Under the pieces are notes generated by a model, which saw only the letters and a program-made list of their open reading frames with translations, was not told the origin of the DNA and did no database searches. A program made the position numbers and the translations under genes. 64,000 nucleotides of DNA from an uncultured Planctomycetales bacterium. GTDB lineage: Bacteria > Omnitrophota > Gorgyraeia > Zapsychrales > CAZBRU01. Shown here piece by piece: positions 45,324 to 55,223 of this stretch. The DNA lies in NCBI GenBank assembly GCA_964515035.1, contig CAZEUO010000006.1, positions 10,103 to 74,102 of the forward strand, read 5' to 3'. Within the stretch, counting starts at the first letter, position 1. Each line of letters starts with the position of its first letter.

Positions 45324-45699
45324 CAGCAAAAAGTTAGACAAGAAGACATTAGTCAATTACAAAAAAGTTTTACTCGATATCAAAGAGAAAATTGTCGGTG
45401 AAATCAAACAGATGGCCAGTGACGCCTCGACGTCTCACAAAGATTCGAGCGGAGACTCTGGGCACGCGTTGCATATGGCAGATGTGGCGACCGACATGTA
45501 TGACCGCGAATTTTCTTTGAACCTTGCCTCCAACGACCGTGAACTTCTCCAAAAAGTTGAAACAGCCCTTAAGCGGATTGCGGACGCTTCCTTCGGGAAT
45601 TGCGTCGAGTGTCAAAAACCCATCGCCACGGCACGCCTTAAAGCCATTCCTTACGCGCCAACCTGCCTCAAATGCCAAGAAAAAATTGAATTGCGGTAA
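45316..45699 (+). CDS. DksA/TraR-family C4 zinc-finger protein
   Basis: CVECQKPI...CLKCQ C4 finger and preceding coiled-coil. Confidence 0.7.
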   Translation: MPNSKKLDKKTLVNYKKVLLDIKEKIVGEIKQMASDASTSHKDSSGDSGHALHMADVATDMYDREFSLNLASNDRELLQKVETALKRIADASFGNCVECQKPIATARLKAIPYAPTCLKCQEKIELR

Positions 45700-46178
45700 T
45701 GATACGCCATCAACGATCTTGGGTTGATGTCTTCATTTCTATATGTATTGTTTTCAGTGTTGTCCTGCTCGATCGGGTCACGAAGATTTTCTTTTCGAAC
45801 GCGCTGTCTTTGGGCGAGTCCATCCCCGTTGTGCGCAATATTTTTCACTTTACCCTCGTCCAAAACACCGGAATCGCTTTTGGTTTATTTAAAAACCAAG
45901 GGATTGTTTTTATCATTGTTCCGGTTATTGCCATCGCTTTAATTGCGTTTAACATTTATTATTATCGCAATAACGAATACGTTGGCCGGGCGTACCTGAT
46001 CGGATTTTCCCTGATATTGGCGGGGGCGATCGGAAACTTAATCGATCGGATTGCCTTCGGGCATGTGATTGATTTTATTGACTTCAGGGTTTGGCCGGTG
46101 TTTAATATTGCCGATAGCGCCATTACAATCGGAACTATCATTATCCTTTTAAAATGTATCCCGTCATTTGCCAAATAG
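45699..46178 (+). CDS. lspA: lipoprotein signal peptidase II
   Basis: VQNTGIAFGLF...FNIADSAI. 4 TM. Canonical position after ileS. Confidence 0.8.
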   Translation: MIRHQRSWVDVFISICIVFSVVLLDRVTKIFFSNALSLGESIPVVRNIFHFTLVQNTGIAFGLFKNQGIVFIIVPVIAIALIAFNIYYYRNNEYVGRAYLIGFSLILAGAIGNLIDRIAFGHVIDFIDFRVWPVFNIADSAITIGTIIILLKCIPSFAK

Positions 46179-46879
46179 GATCGCTCACCGTTTTTTCCTA
46201 CGGATTGACGCTCGCTGTTGCGGTTTTTATTTGCACATTTTTTTTGCAAAAGGAAGCCAGACAGATCGGGATGGACGTAAATTTTGTTTTTGATTTTTGT
46301 TTTTGGGTTGTCGTCAGCGGAATTATCGGAAGTCGCGTTTTTTTTATTATCCTTAACCTTTCTTTTTTTATCGAAAACCCAACGGAGGCCATCATGTTAC
46401 AGCGCGGCGGCCTGGCCTGGCAGGGCGGGCTGATATTTGGGACCGCAACGGCTGCATGGCTTATCCGCAAACACCGCCTTTCGCTTTGGAAGACAATCGA
46501 TTTTTTTATTCCTTATGCCGCGTTAGGCCAGTCGATCGGAAGGATTGGGTGCTTTCTCAATGGATGTTGTTACGGGCGGGAGGTTGATTGGGGAATTTAT
46601 TTTCCCGTCCATCAGGCCCATCTTCACCCGACTCAATTGTACGATGCGTTGGGGTTGTTTTTGATTTTTTGGATTCTTAAAAGATATACAGTCATCAGAA
46701 AAAAAGACGGCGAGGTTTTTGTTCTTTATCTTTTGCTGGCATCGGCTCAGCGCTTTACAATTGAATTCTTCCGCGCCGATCATACGATTGTGTTTTGGGG
46801 CTTAAGCATTTTTCAAGTTGTAAGTTTGGCGGTTATCAGTTGCGCAGTCTATGCATACTTATTCCTTAAAAGTCGATGA
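46154..46879 (+). CDS. lgt: prolipoprotein diacylglyceryl transferase
   Basis: IGSLTVFSYGL...GGLIFG...HPTQLYDALG signature. Confidence 0.8.
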   Translation: MYPVICQIGSLTVFSYGLTLAVAVFICTFFLQKEARQIGMDVNFVFDFCFWVVVSGIIGSRVFFIILNLSFFIENPTEAIMLQRGGLAWQGGLIFGTATAAWLIRKHRLSLWKTIDFFIPYAALGQSIGRIGCFLNGCCYGREVDWGIYFPVHQAHLHPTQLYDALGLFLIFWILKRYTVIRKKDGEVFVLYLLLASAQRFTIEFFRADHTIVFWGLSIFQVVSLAVISCAVYAYLFLKSR

Positions 46880-47744
46880 CGACAATAATGGCATACGGTT
46901 AGATATTTTTCTTACCAAAAGTCTCCCCGATATTCCCTCGAGAAGCTTTATCCAGAAGACTATTCTTGCCGAAGGCGTTACCGTCAACGGCAAGATCGTT
47001 AAATCAAACTATAAAGTCGAATCCGGAGATCAGGTTCAGGTCGTCATCAAGGTTTTGAACACGGATTCGTTGGAACCAGAAAACATTCCGTTGGAAATTT
47101 TTTATGAAGATGACGAGCTTGTGGTGGTTAACAAGCCCATCGGGATGATGGTGCATCCCGCAACCGGGCAATACACGGGAACTCTGGTCAACGCGTTATT
47201 GTATCATTGCCGGAACCTTTCCAATATTAACGAACCTCCGCGCCCGGGCATTGTCCATCGGCTTGACAAGGAAACGTCTGGTCTCATGTTGGTGGCCAAG
47301 ACAAATCAGGCCCACGCGCGTCTGGCCCGGCTTTTTGAAAAACGCAAGATATTCAAACGTTATGTTGCCTTGGTGGAGGGGAGCGTGGAATTTGATGAAG
47401 GGTTGATTGACGCTCCTTTGGGCCGCCATCCGCGTCACCCGGAAAAAAAGGCCGTTGTCTACGGCGGGTCAAAAACGGCTCAAACCGCATACCGCGTTCT
47501 TAAGCATTACGAACACTCAACTTTGATCGCTCTTTTTCCCCGCACAGGCAGGACTCATCAACTGAGGGTTCATATGGCGCACTTAGGGCACCCGGTTTTA
47601 GGAGATGAAAAATACGGACATCAAGAATCCTTTTTTCGCCTGGCCTTGCACGCTCAGGCCATTGGTTTTGAACACCCGCAAAACAAACAATACATTGAAT
47701 TTTTTTCCCGCATTCCCGAGGAGTTCCTCAAAGACCCCAAGTAA
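46851..47744 (+). CDS. rluD: RluA-family 23S rRNA pseudouridine synthase (RluD-like) with S4 domain
   Basis: VHRLDKETSGLMLVAKT catalytic Asp motif. N-terminal S4-like. Confidence 0.8.
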   Translation: MHTYSLKVDDDNNGIRLDIFLTKSLPDIPSRSFIQKTILAEGVTVNGKIVKSNYKVESGDQVQVVIKVLNTDSLEPENIPLEIFYEDDELVVVNKPIGMMVHPATGQYTGTLVNALLYHCRNLSNINEPPRPGIVHRLDKETSGLMLVAKTNQAHARLARLFEKRKIFKRYVALVEGSVEFDEGLIDAPLGRHPRHPEKKAVVYGGSKTAQTAYRVLKHYEHSTLIALFPRTGRTHQLRVHMAHLGHPVLGDEKYGHQESFFRLALHAQAIGFEHPQNKQYIEFFSRIPEEFLKDPK

Positions 47745-47835
47745 TACAAAATTTTCCAGAATAATCTTTACTTCCCGACTTCATTGCCTATAATACACTT
47801 GGTAGTAGAAAGTTGCAGAAAGGAGTTTCGTTGTC

Positions 47836-48591
47836 ATGAAAATGAACCGGGTCGGAAAAACAACCACGATATTCTTGGGCGTTGTCATCGTGCTATTAAT
47901 CTCATTCACGGCCATTGCCAGCTTTTTCTTTTTGAAGGAAAGTGAGTTGCGAAAAACGACTGAGGAGAAATTGACCCAAACCGAGACTGCATCTGCACAG
48001 TTAAAATCCGAATTGGAAGAAAAAAATAAGCTTGTCTCTGTATTAGAGCAAAAAGTTCAAGAATATGACGATAAAATCAATGATCTCGTTGAGGAAGTAG
48101 ACCTGAAGTCTGCCGCCAAAGATCAGATGAAGGCCGAAAACGACTCTTTGCGCGAGGCCCTCAAAAAGGAAAGCGCTGATAAAGAAAGCCTGCAAAGTGA
48201 AGTGGTTGCGACCCGTGAAAAGATTGCGACTTTAGAATCCAGGTTGCAGTCTACCGAGTCATCTCGCAGTGAACTCGAGGTAAAATTAAAGACCGTTGAG
48301 CAAAGCCAGCAGCAATCCGATGTCTATCTCGAGAAGATTGTTGTTAGCCCCGGTGAAGTCCCCGAAGGAAAGGTGATCAGCACCAATGTTGAAAACAATT
48401 TTGTTGTGGTTAATCTTGGCCAGGAACACGGCATGAAGCAGGACCTCGTTTTGTCTGTCTATCGCAAAGATCAACCGCTTGGCGAAATTAAAGTTGCCCG
48501 CGCTCAAAGCGGTGTTTCGGTTGCGGATGTGATTTCTCCCTTAACAAGCAAGGAAATCAGAAAAGACGACCGGGTCATGGTTAAAAAATGA
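47836..48591 (+). CDS. hypothetical membrane-anchored coiled-coil protein
   Basis: N-terminal TM, about 130 aa coiled coil, C-terminal beta-rich domain. Confidence 0.3.
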   Translation: MKMNRVGKTTTIFLGVVIVLLISFTAIASFFFLKESELRKTTEEKLTQTETASAQLKSELEEKNKLVSVLEQKVQEYDDKINDLVEEVDLKSAAKDQMKAENDSLREALKKESADKESLQSEVVATREKIATLESRLQSTESSRSELEVKLKTVEQSQQQSDVYLEKIVVSPGEVPEGKVISTNVENNFVVVNLGQEHGMKQDLVLSVYRKDQPLGEIKVARAQSGVSVADVISPLTSKEIRKDDRVMVKK

Positions 48592-49886
48592 TTTTAAAGG
48601 TGAAACCGGCGTGCTTTTTACGCGGCGCCGTTGACCTTCCTTCCTCCAAATCCTACAGTATTCGCGCGTTTCTCATTGCCTCCCTTGGGGGGTCCTCAAG
48701 AATAGTTAATCCTTCTGATTGCGATGACGCCAAGATGGCTATCGCTGTTGCCAAAAAACTGGGTTCTCGCGTCGTTTGTTTGAAAAAAAATATTTTTCAA
48801 CTCGTTTCATCAAAAACTTCCCGGATTACAACTCCGATTAACGTCGGAGAATCCGGAACGGTCCTGCGCCTTATCCTTCCTCTCTTGGCTCTTCGCGGCC
48901 AAAAGGTTAAAGTCGATGGTTACGGAACCTTAAGAGGGCGCCCGAATACTTTTTTAATTCGTGTTTTGCGTCGGATGGGTGTGCAGATCAAAGGGCACGG
49001 TTCAAAGGACAGTATTCCCATAGTATTAAAGGGTGGTCGTTTGCGAGGCGGGAGAGTTTCTATTGATGGGTCTTTAAGTTCACAGTTTATTTCCGCTCTT
49101 TTGACGGCATGTCCGAACTTGCCGGAGGACACGTCGTTAAAGATTACGGGCAGAAAAATTGTTTCGCAAACTTACATCACCATGACTCGTCAGATTTTGC
49201 GCCAGGCCGGTATCCGCATCATTCAAAAAGACATGCGGCATTTTTTTATCAAAGGCCGGCAATCGTTTTGCGGATTGAGAACTTTTCGTGTTCCCTCCGA
49301 TTATGGCCTGGCGGCATTTTTTCTCGCTGCTGCGGCCTTGGTCGATTCCCGGATAACCTTAAAAGGGTTTCTCACGAAAGATTTTATACAATCCGATGGG
49401 CAGATTTTAAAATTTTTGCGGGCCATGGGCGTTCGGTTTCGTCTGACGGAGCGTTCGATTGATATTCAAGGCTCATTTCCTCTCAAGGGCGGGGAGTTTT
49501 CGCTAAAAGACTCTCCGGACTTGGTTCCCATCATGTCCATTTTGGCATTGTTTGCAAAGGGCAGAACGAGAATTTATGATATCGGCCATGCGCGCGCTAA
49601 AGAATCGGATCGTATTAGTGATTTAAGAAAAGAATTATTGAAGATCGGCGCCAATATTTCCGAGAGTCAGAATGAAATCGTGATTTATCCGCAGGGCCAA
49701 TACAAAATGAATCAACACCTTGATCCGCATCGGGATCATCGTCTGGCCATGTCGTTTGCTGTCCTGGGCCTTAAGGTCGGGTGTACTGTCAAGGATATAG
49801 AATGTGTCAGTAAATCCTATCCAAATTTTGTGCAAGACTTTGTGAAAATTGGCGCGAATGTTATGAAATATCGAAAAATCGTTTGA
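48588..49886 (+). CDS. aroA: 3-phosphoshikimate 1-carboxyvinyltransferase (EPSP synthase)
   Basis: LPSSKSYSIRAFL...GESGTVLRLILPL...DHRLAMSFAV. Confidence 0.85.
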   Translation: MILKVKPACFLRGAVDLPSSKSYSIRAFLIASLGGSSRIVNPSDCDDAKMAIAVAKKLGSRVVCLKKNIFQLVSSKTSRITTPINVGESGTVLRLILPLLALRGQKVKVDGYGTLRGRPNTFLIRVLRRMGVQIKGHGSKDSIPIVLKGGRLRGGRVSIDGSLSSQFISALLTACPNLPEDTSLKITGRKIVSQTYITMTRQILRQAGIRIIQKDMRHFFIKGRQSFCGLRTFRVPSDYGLAAFFLAAAALVDSRITLKGFLTKDFIQSDGQILKFLRAMGVRFRLTERSIDIQGSFPLKGGEFSLKDSPDLVPIMSILALFAKGRTRIYDIGHARAKESDRISDLRKELLKIGANISESQNEIVIYPQGQYKMNQHLDPHRDHRLAMSFAVLGLKVGCTVKDIECVSKSYPNFVQDFVKIGANVMKYRKIV

Positions 49887-49931
49887 CACTGTATTTTGTT
49901 TCGGATATTATGTTGTTACTGAAAGAGGCTC

Positions 49932-51008
49932 ATGATGTTACAAAAAATCCTTAAATTTTTTAAGGACGCTGTCAATTATGTTCTTGGCCTATTCTCGAAT
50001 GACATCGGAATAGACTTAGGGACCTGCACGACCCTGGTTTACGTCAAAGGGGAAGGTGTGGTTCTTTGTGAGCCGTCAGTTGTTGCCATTCATAAGGGTA
50101 CTGGTAAAGTCATTGCAGTTGGTGAGGAAGCCAAAAGGATGTTAGGCCGAACTCCCGGAAATATTGTTGCCATCCGTCCGATGAAAGACGGCGTCATTTC
50201 TGATTTTGAGATCACCGAAGAAATGATCCGTCGTTTTATTTTAAAAGTTCACCGCCGCCGTGTCCTCGTAAGGCCAGCCATTGTTATCGCCATTCCATCA
50301 GGGATTACCGAGGTTGAAAAACGTGCGGTGAGAGACTCTGCGGAGCGGGCGGGGGCCCGATCGGTTGATTTGATTGAAGAACCAAAAGCGGCCGCTGTCG
50401 GTGTTGGTCTGCCGGTTGAAGAACCCGCTGGGAACATGATCATCGACATCGGGGGTGGAACGACAGAATTGGCCGTCATTTCTTTGGGCGGCATTGTTTA
50501 TGCGCTGTCAATCCGTGTGGCCGGCGATGAAATGGACCAGGCCATTGTTGAATATATGCGCAAGACCTATAATCTTATGATTGGAGAAAGAACCTCTGAG
50601 GAGATTAAGATTAGAATTGGTTCCGCTTATCCTCTGGAAGAAGAATTGAGCATGGATGTCCGGGGCCGTGATTTAATTGCCGGGTTGCCTAAAACCGTGA
50701 CTATTACCTCCGTTGAGATTCGGGAAGCTCTCCAGGAACCTATTCGCGCCATTGTTGATGCGACCAAAACGACTCTCGAACATACGCCTCCGGAATTAGC
50801 ATCGGATCTTATTGACAGGGGGATTGTCATGGCGGGCGGAGGATCGCTGTTACGCGGAATTGATAAGTTGATCGCCGAGGAAACGGGTTTACCGGTGCAT
50901 ATTGCCGATGACCCTTTAACGGCGGTTGTTTTGGGAACGGGACAAACGCTGAATATGCCTTTGCGTTTGCGTCGCCAGCTCGTCGTCCCAACCAGGGCAG
51001 ATTTTTAA
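49932..51008 (+). CDS. mreB: rod shape-determining protein MreB
   Basis: [33 protein letters not shown] is near-identical to E. coli MreB. Confidence 0.9.
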   Translation: MMLQKILKFFKDAVNYVLGLFSNDIGIDLGTCTTLVYVKGEGVVLCEPSVVAIHKGTGKVIAVGEEAKRMLGRTPGNIVAIRPMKDGVISDFEITEEMIRRFILKVHRRRVLVRPAIVIAIPSGITEVEKRAVRDSAERAGARSVDLIEEPKAAAVGVGLPVEEPAGNMIIDIGGGTTELAVISLGGIVYALSIRVAGDEMDQAIVEYMRKTYNLMIGERTSEEIKIRIGSAYPLEEELSMDVRGRDLIAGLPKTVTITSVEIREALQEPIRAIVDATKTTLEHTPPELASDLIDRGIVMAGGGSLLRGIDKLIAEETGLPVHIADDPLTAVVLGTGQTLNMPLRLRRQLVVPTRADF

Positions 51009-51023
51009 TCACTTTTTAAACGT

Positions 51024-51809
51024 GTGCCGAAAAAAACAAAAAAGCTTTTAGTTTACCTGCTGTTGCTTCTCTTGCCTTTCTTTTTTCTTTCCCTAAAGCA
51101 AAATAATTTTCAACCCTTTAAAATGTCGCTTGTCGATGCGTCGTCATTTGTGCTGCATGTCGTGTTATTTCCCTTTGAGGAATTAAAAAAGGCTTCATTG
51201 TTTCATGTTACCTATGACCAGTACATGAAACTCAAAAAAGAAACCGGAATGATACAAGCCCGATTGATCCAACAAACGGAATTTATCGAAGAGAACAAAC
51301 GTTTAAGGGCGATTTTGGATTTAAAGTCGAAGACGGCTTATTCGACGATCGTTGCCAACGTTATCGGGCGTGATCCGTCCAATTGGAACGCCATCATTAT
51401 CGTTGACCGAGGAGAAAAAGACGGAATAAGCCAGGGGATGGCTGTCGTTGATACATCCAACGTGGTTGGGAAGGTGTTGGAAGTCGGGCGCAATACCTCT
51501 AAGGTTATGCTATTGAGCGATCCAAGTTTTAGCGTGGCGGCTATTTTACAAAGAAGCCGCGAGTCGGGAGTTGTTTCGGGAAGTTTACAAGGGGCCTGCC
51601 GCATGCGTTACCTATCTGCACAGGCCGATATTCGCGCCGGTGACCAAGTCATTACCTCGAATTTGAGTTCTTCTTTTCCGGAGGGGCTTTTGATCGGAGA
51701 AGTTATCTCAATTGAAGAAAGCCAAACGAATCCGACCATAGAGTGCCTTGTCAAAACTGCAGCCTCACTGTCCCAGCTCGAAGAAGTCATTGTGATTAAA
51801 CGAAAGTAA
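51024..51809 (+). CDS. mreC: rod shape-determining protein MreC
   Basis: TM, coiled coil (ENKRLRAILDLK), beta-domains. Synteny. Confidence 0.7.
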   Translation: MPKKTKKLLVYLLLLLLPFFFLSLKQNNFQPFKMSLVDASSFVLHVVLFPFEELKKASLFHVTYDQYMKLKKETGMIQARLIQQTEFIEENKRLRAILDLKSKTAYSTIVANVIGRDPSNWNAIIIVDRGEKDGISQGMAVVDTSNVVGKVLEVGRNTSKVMLLSDPSFSVAAILQRSRESGVVSGSLQGACRMRYLSAQADIRAGDQVITSNLSSSFPEGLLIGEVISIEESQTNPTIECLVKTAASLSQLEEVIVIKRK

Positions 51810-51816
51810 TAACGAC

Positions 51817-52305
51817 ATGAAACGCGCCTATCTTTTGCTTGGCATGACTCTTGCTTTTTTTCTTTTGGAATTCGTCATTGCGAATTTTCTGGGGCGGTGG
51901 TTGAAGCCGAATTTGCTCATCTTACTGGTTATCTTTGTCGATTTACATCTGGGTAGCCGGTGGGGGATTTATACGGCGTTGATGGCAGGAATTTTAAGGG
52001 ACAGTTTTACGACGGGTGTCTTTGGCGTACACATCTTTGCATTTGTTTTTTGCGTTTACGTGATTACGTTGATACGGAAGTACTTGTTGTTTGATACTGA
52101 ATTTGGATTTTTAAGGATTTTGATGGCACTCGTAATGAGTATTTTAAATGTCTCTGTCGTTTACATCTTACTTTCGTTATTTAAGACCATTGACTTCCGG
52201 CAGATGATGGCATTTGTAATGTTGCCGGAAGTGGTGATGACGACCCTTGTTGCCTCCATTGTATTTAAGGAATTGAAAAAATGCGTCTTAAAGCTTTCCG
52301 TTTAA
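51817..52305 (+). CDS. mreD: rod shape-determining protein MreD
   Basis: 162 aa polytopic membrane protein directly after mreC. Confidence 0.55.
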   Translation: MKRAYLLLGMTLAFFLLEFVIANFLGRWLKPNLLILLVIFVDLHLGSRWGIYTALMAGILRDSFTTGVFGVHIFAFVFCVYVITLIRKYLLFDTEFGFLRILMALVMSILNVSVVYILLSLFKTIDFRQMMAFVMLPEVVMTTLVASIVFKELKKCVLKLSV

Positions 52306-53978
52306 TTGTTTATAGTATGTTTTTATTTGTCGCCGGAGGCCTGATTTATACCCAGGTTATTCGCGGACAGCATTATTATAATTTAAGCGTTGATAATAGC
52401 ATCCGTGTTGTTCCCATAGACGGGCGCCGAGGCATTATTTTCGATCGTAACGGAACCGTCATTGCGGAAAATCGCGTTTCTTTTGACGTCATGATTATTC
52501 CGCAAGGGGCGAGAAATAAAGAGGAATTGTTTAGGTTCTTAAGCGGTGTATTGGGAATTGAAAAAGAAAAGCTGGCCAAAACATTTCGCACGAGAATCTT
52601 AGCGCCGTTTGCGCCGGTTTTGGTTGCCAAGGATATCAAAAAAGAAGCTGCCATTGTCATCGAAGAAAATAGATTTCGATTTCCGGGCCTCATTGTCCAA
52701 CCCAATATTGTCCGGTATTATCCGTTTGCAGAAATTAACGCCCATATCCTGGGCTATGTCGGAAAGATCAGTCGTTCCCGCATTACCCAATTACAAGACT
52801 ACGGCTACAACATTCAGGATATCGTCGGGTATTCCGGTGTTGAAGAATACTATGACCGGAATTTAAAGGGCGAAGACGGCGGTCTGCAAGTTGAGGTGAA
52901 TAATCGCGGCGAGCAAGTGAGGATGCTGGGTTATCGCGGTGCCCAAAATGGCCAGGACATTACGCTGACAATTGATAACCGAATCCAGCAGATGGCCTTC
53001 GAGGCACTGGAAGGCCGTAAGGGTTCGGTCACCGTTATGGATTTGGAAACGGGAGAAATTTTGGGGATGGTCAATCTCCCATCCTATGACCCCAACGCTT
53101 TTGTGGAGGGCAGGTCAATCATTTCAGAGTATTTCAATGACTCTTCTGCTCCGCTTTTAAATCGCGCTATTAGCGGCCAGTATCCGCCGGGGTCAACGTT
53201 TAAAATCCCCATTTCCATAGGGGCGCTAGAGAATCAAAAGATTACCCCGTCAACGTCTTTTACCTGCCCGGGATATTATTCATTGGGGCGCAGGCAATTT
53301 AAATGTTCGCATACTCATGGTGTACAAAATTTGCATGAAGGTATTGCCCATTCCTGTAACGTTTATTTTTTTAATACCGGCTTATTATTGGGCCCAGAAC
53401 TTATTGTTAAATATGCGAGAATGTTTGGGTTGGGAAGTCCAACTTCTGTTGACCTTCCTTACGAGGCCAAGGGATTGATATCCGATCGGCCTCTGGTCAA
53501 TAAGACCTGGCATAAAGGCGATATTTTGAATGTTTCCATTGGTCAAGGCGATGTTTTGGTTACGCCGATTCAATTGGTTCGCATGATATCGGCTGTTGCC
53601 GGAGATGGCCAAGGCGTCACGCCGTATGTCTTAAAATCTATCGGCTTAGAATCCGAACATAAAAGCATTCCGCCAGAAAAAGTTGATGTAAAATCGAAAA
53701 CCTTTGAAATTGTCAAAAGGGGTCTCAGGGGGGCCGTTGCGGAGGCGGGGGGGACGGCGCGTGCCATTGATATTCCCGATGTTCCCGTTTTTGGAAAAAC
53801 GGGGACGGCTCAAACATCCGGCAATAAGGCCCATCATGCTTGGTTTATCGGTTTTTGCCCAACTACAAAAACAAAGATTGTGTTTTGTATTTTCCTGGAG
53901 CACGGTGGATCCAGTTATGTCGCTTGCCAGGTAGGGCGCAAACTGCTTGTCGGCATGAAAGAAGCACAAATCTTGTAA
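52281..53978 (+). CDS. mrdA: penicillin-binding protein 2 (elongasome transpeptidase)
   Basis: STFK (PPGSTFKI), SCN (HSCNVYF), KTG (GKTGTA) active-site motifs. Confidence 0.85.
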   Translation: MRLKAFRLIVYSMFLFVAGGLIYTQVIRGQHYYNLSVDNSIRVVPIDGRRGIIFDRNGTVIAENRVSFDVMIIPQGARNKEELFRFLSGVLGIEKEKLAKTFRTRILAPFAPVLVAKDIKKEAAIVIEENRFRFPGLIVQPNIVRYYPFAEINAHILGYVGKISRSRITQLQDYGYNIQDIVGYSGVEEYYDRNLKGEDGGLQVEVNNRGEQVRMLGYRGAQNGQDITLTIDNRIQQMAFEALEGRKGSVTVMDLETGEILGMVNLPSYDPNAFVEGRSIISEYFNDSSAPLLNRAISGQYPPGSTFKIPISIGALENQKITPSTSFTCPGYYSLGRRQFKCSHTHGVQNLHEGIAHSCNVYFFNTGLLLGPELIVKYARMFGLGSPTSVDLPYEAKGLISDRPLVNKTWHKGDILNVSIGQGDVLVTPIQLVRMISAVAGDGQGVTPYVLKSIGLESEHKSIPPEKVDVKSKTFEIVKRGLRGAVAEAGGTARAIDIPDVPVFGKTGTAQTSGNKAHHAWFIGFCPTTKTKIVFCIFLEHGGSSYVACQVGRKLLVGMKEAQIL

Positions 53979-53983
53979 TTACG

Positions 53984-55093
53984 ATGACTCAAAACACAGG
54001 ACGAACGATTTGGATTGTAACAACGGCTATCATGGCGATTGGGCTGATGGCTATTTACAGCGCCTCATCGCAAAGTACCCGGGTTACGCAGGAAATTTTT
54101 TATGATCAATTATGGTGCGCCGCGATCGGACTGACGTTCATGAATTTTCTAAGCCGTTTTGATTACCGCCGGTTTTTTGATTTTGCGTATATCTTGTATG
54201 TGATCAATGTCATTTTGCTGTTTGTCGTTCTCGTGATAGGACGGCATATCTTAGGGGCCAGGCGGTGGCTTGAAATCGGGAGTATTAATTTTCAACCATC
54301 GGAAATGGCGAAGCTGGTTATGATCTTAGTTTTGAGCCGTTACATGAGCCAACAACGCTCAGCCCATTTGTTTCGAGGCCGAGACAAAACACAGGCTTTA
54401 CAAAACGAATTGCTCATTCCGTTTTTGTTGACGGTTGTCCCGATGCTTTTGATTTTTAAGCAACCCGACTTGGGGACAGCGATAATGATTTTTGGAATAT
54501 TTATTGCCATGATGTTTATTAACGGGCTTCGGCTTTCTTATTTTCTTTCTTTTTTAGCATGCGGTTTGGCTGCGGCACCACTGATGTGGCACATCTTGAA
54601 GCCTTATCAAAAAGACAGGCTCCTGGTCTTTTTAAATCCCAATATCGATCCTTTGGGGGCGGGTTATACAATCATCCAGTCAAAAATTGCAGTCGGATCC
54701 GGCCGGCTAATAGGCAAGGGGTGGCTGGAAGGAACGCAAAGCCAATTGAACTTCTTGCCGGAGCGGCACACGGACTTTATTTTTGGAGTTATCGGGGAGG
54801 AATGGGGTTTATTTGGATCCATGCTCTTGGTACTTTGTTTTGTGGTCCTGGTCGATTGCGGTATTAAAATTGCCGCGCGCACAAAAGACAGATTCGGCCA
54901 TTCCTTGGCTTTGGGGGTCGTTGCCATTATTTCTTTGCAGGCGGTTATAAATATCGGAATGGTTTTGGGATTGTTTCCTGTTGTTGGATTGACGTTACCT
55001 TTGGTAAGCTACGGCCGGTCTTCCTTTCTCATGTTTGCCATTATGATCGGTATTTTACTGAACCTTAATCGAAAACTGGCCAAGCAGAAGTAG
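53984..55093 (+). CDS. rodA: peptidoglycan glycosyltransferase RodA (SEDS family)
   Basis: About 370 aa polytopic. FQPSEMAKL, DFIF..GEEWG motifs. Start set at ATG 53984 after the mrdA stop. Confidence 0.85.
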   Translation: MTQNTGRTIWIVTTAIMAIGLMAIYSASSQSTRVTQEIFYDQLWCAAIGLTFMNFLSRFDYRRFFDFAYILYVINVILLFVVLVIGRHILGARRWLEIGSINFQPSEMAKLVMILVLSRYMSQQRSAHLFRGRDKTQALQNELLIPFLLTVVPMLLIFKQPDLGTAIMIFGIFIAMMFINGLRLSYFLSFLACGLAAAPLMWHILKPYQKDRLLVFLNPNIDPLGAGYTIIQSKIAVGSGRLIGKGWLEGTQSQLNFLPERHTDFIFGVIGEEWGLFGSMLLVLCFVVLVDCGIKIAARTKDRFGHSLALGVVAIISLQAVINIGMVLGLFPVVGLTLPLVSYGRSSFLMFAIMIGILLNLNRKLAKQK

Positions 55094-55223
55094 TGGGGTC
55101 AAAATTGCTAAAGGATTTTGTCAAAGCCCCACTCGTCCGCTTTGAAAAGCATTCGAAGGATTGACAAGTTGATAAAAGACACGCTACAATGTAACGGGTT
55201 GTTGTCCTGTCGGGAGGAATTTT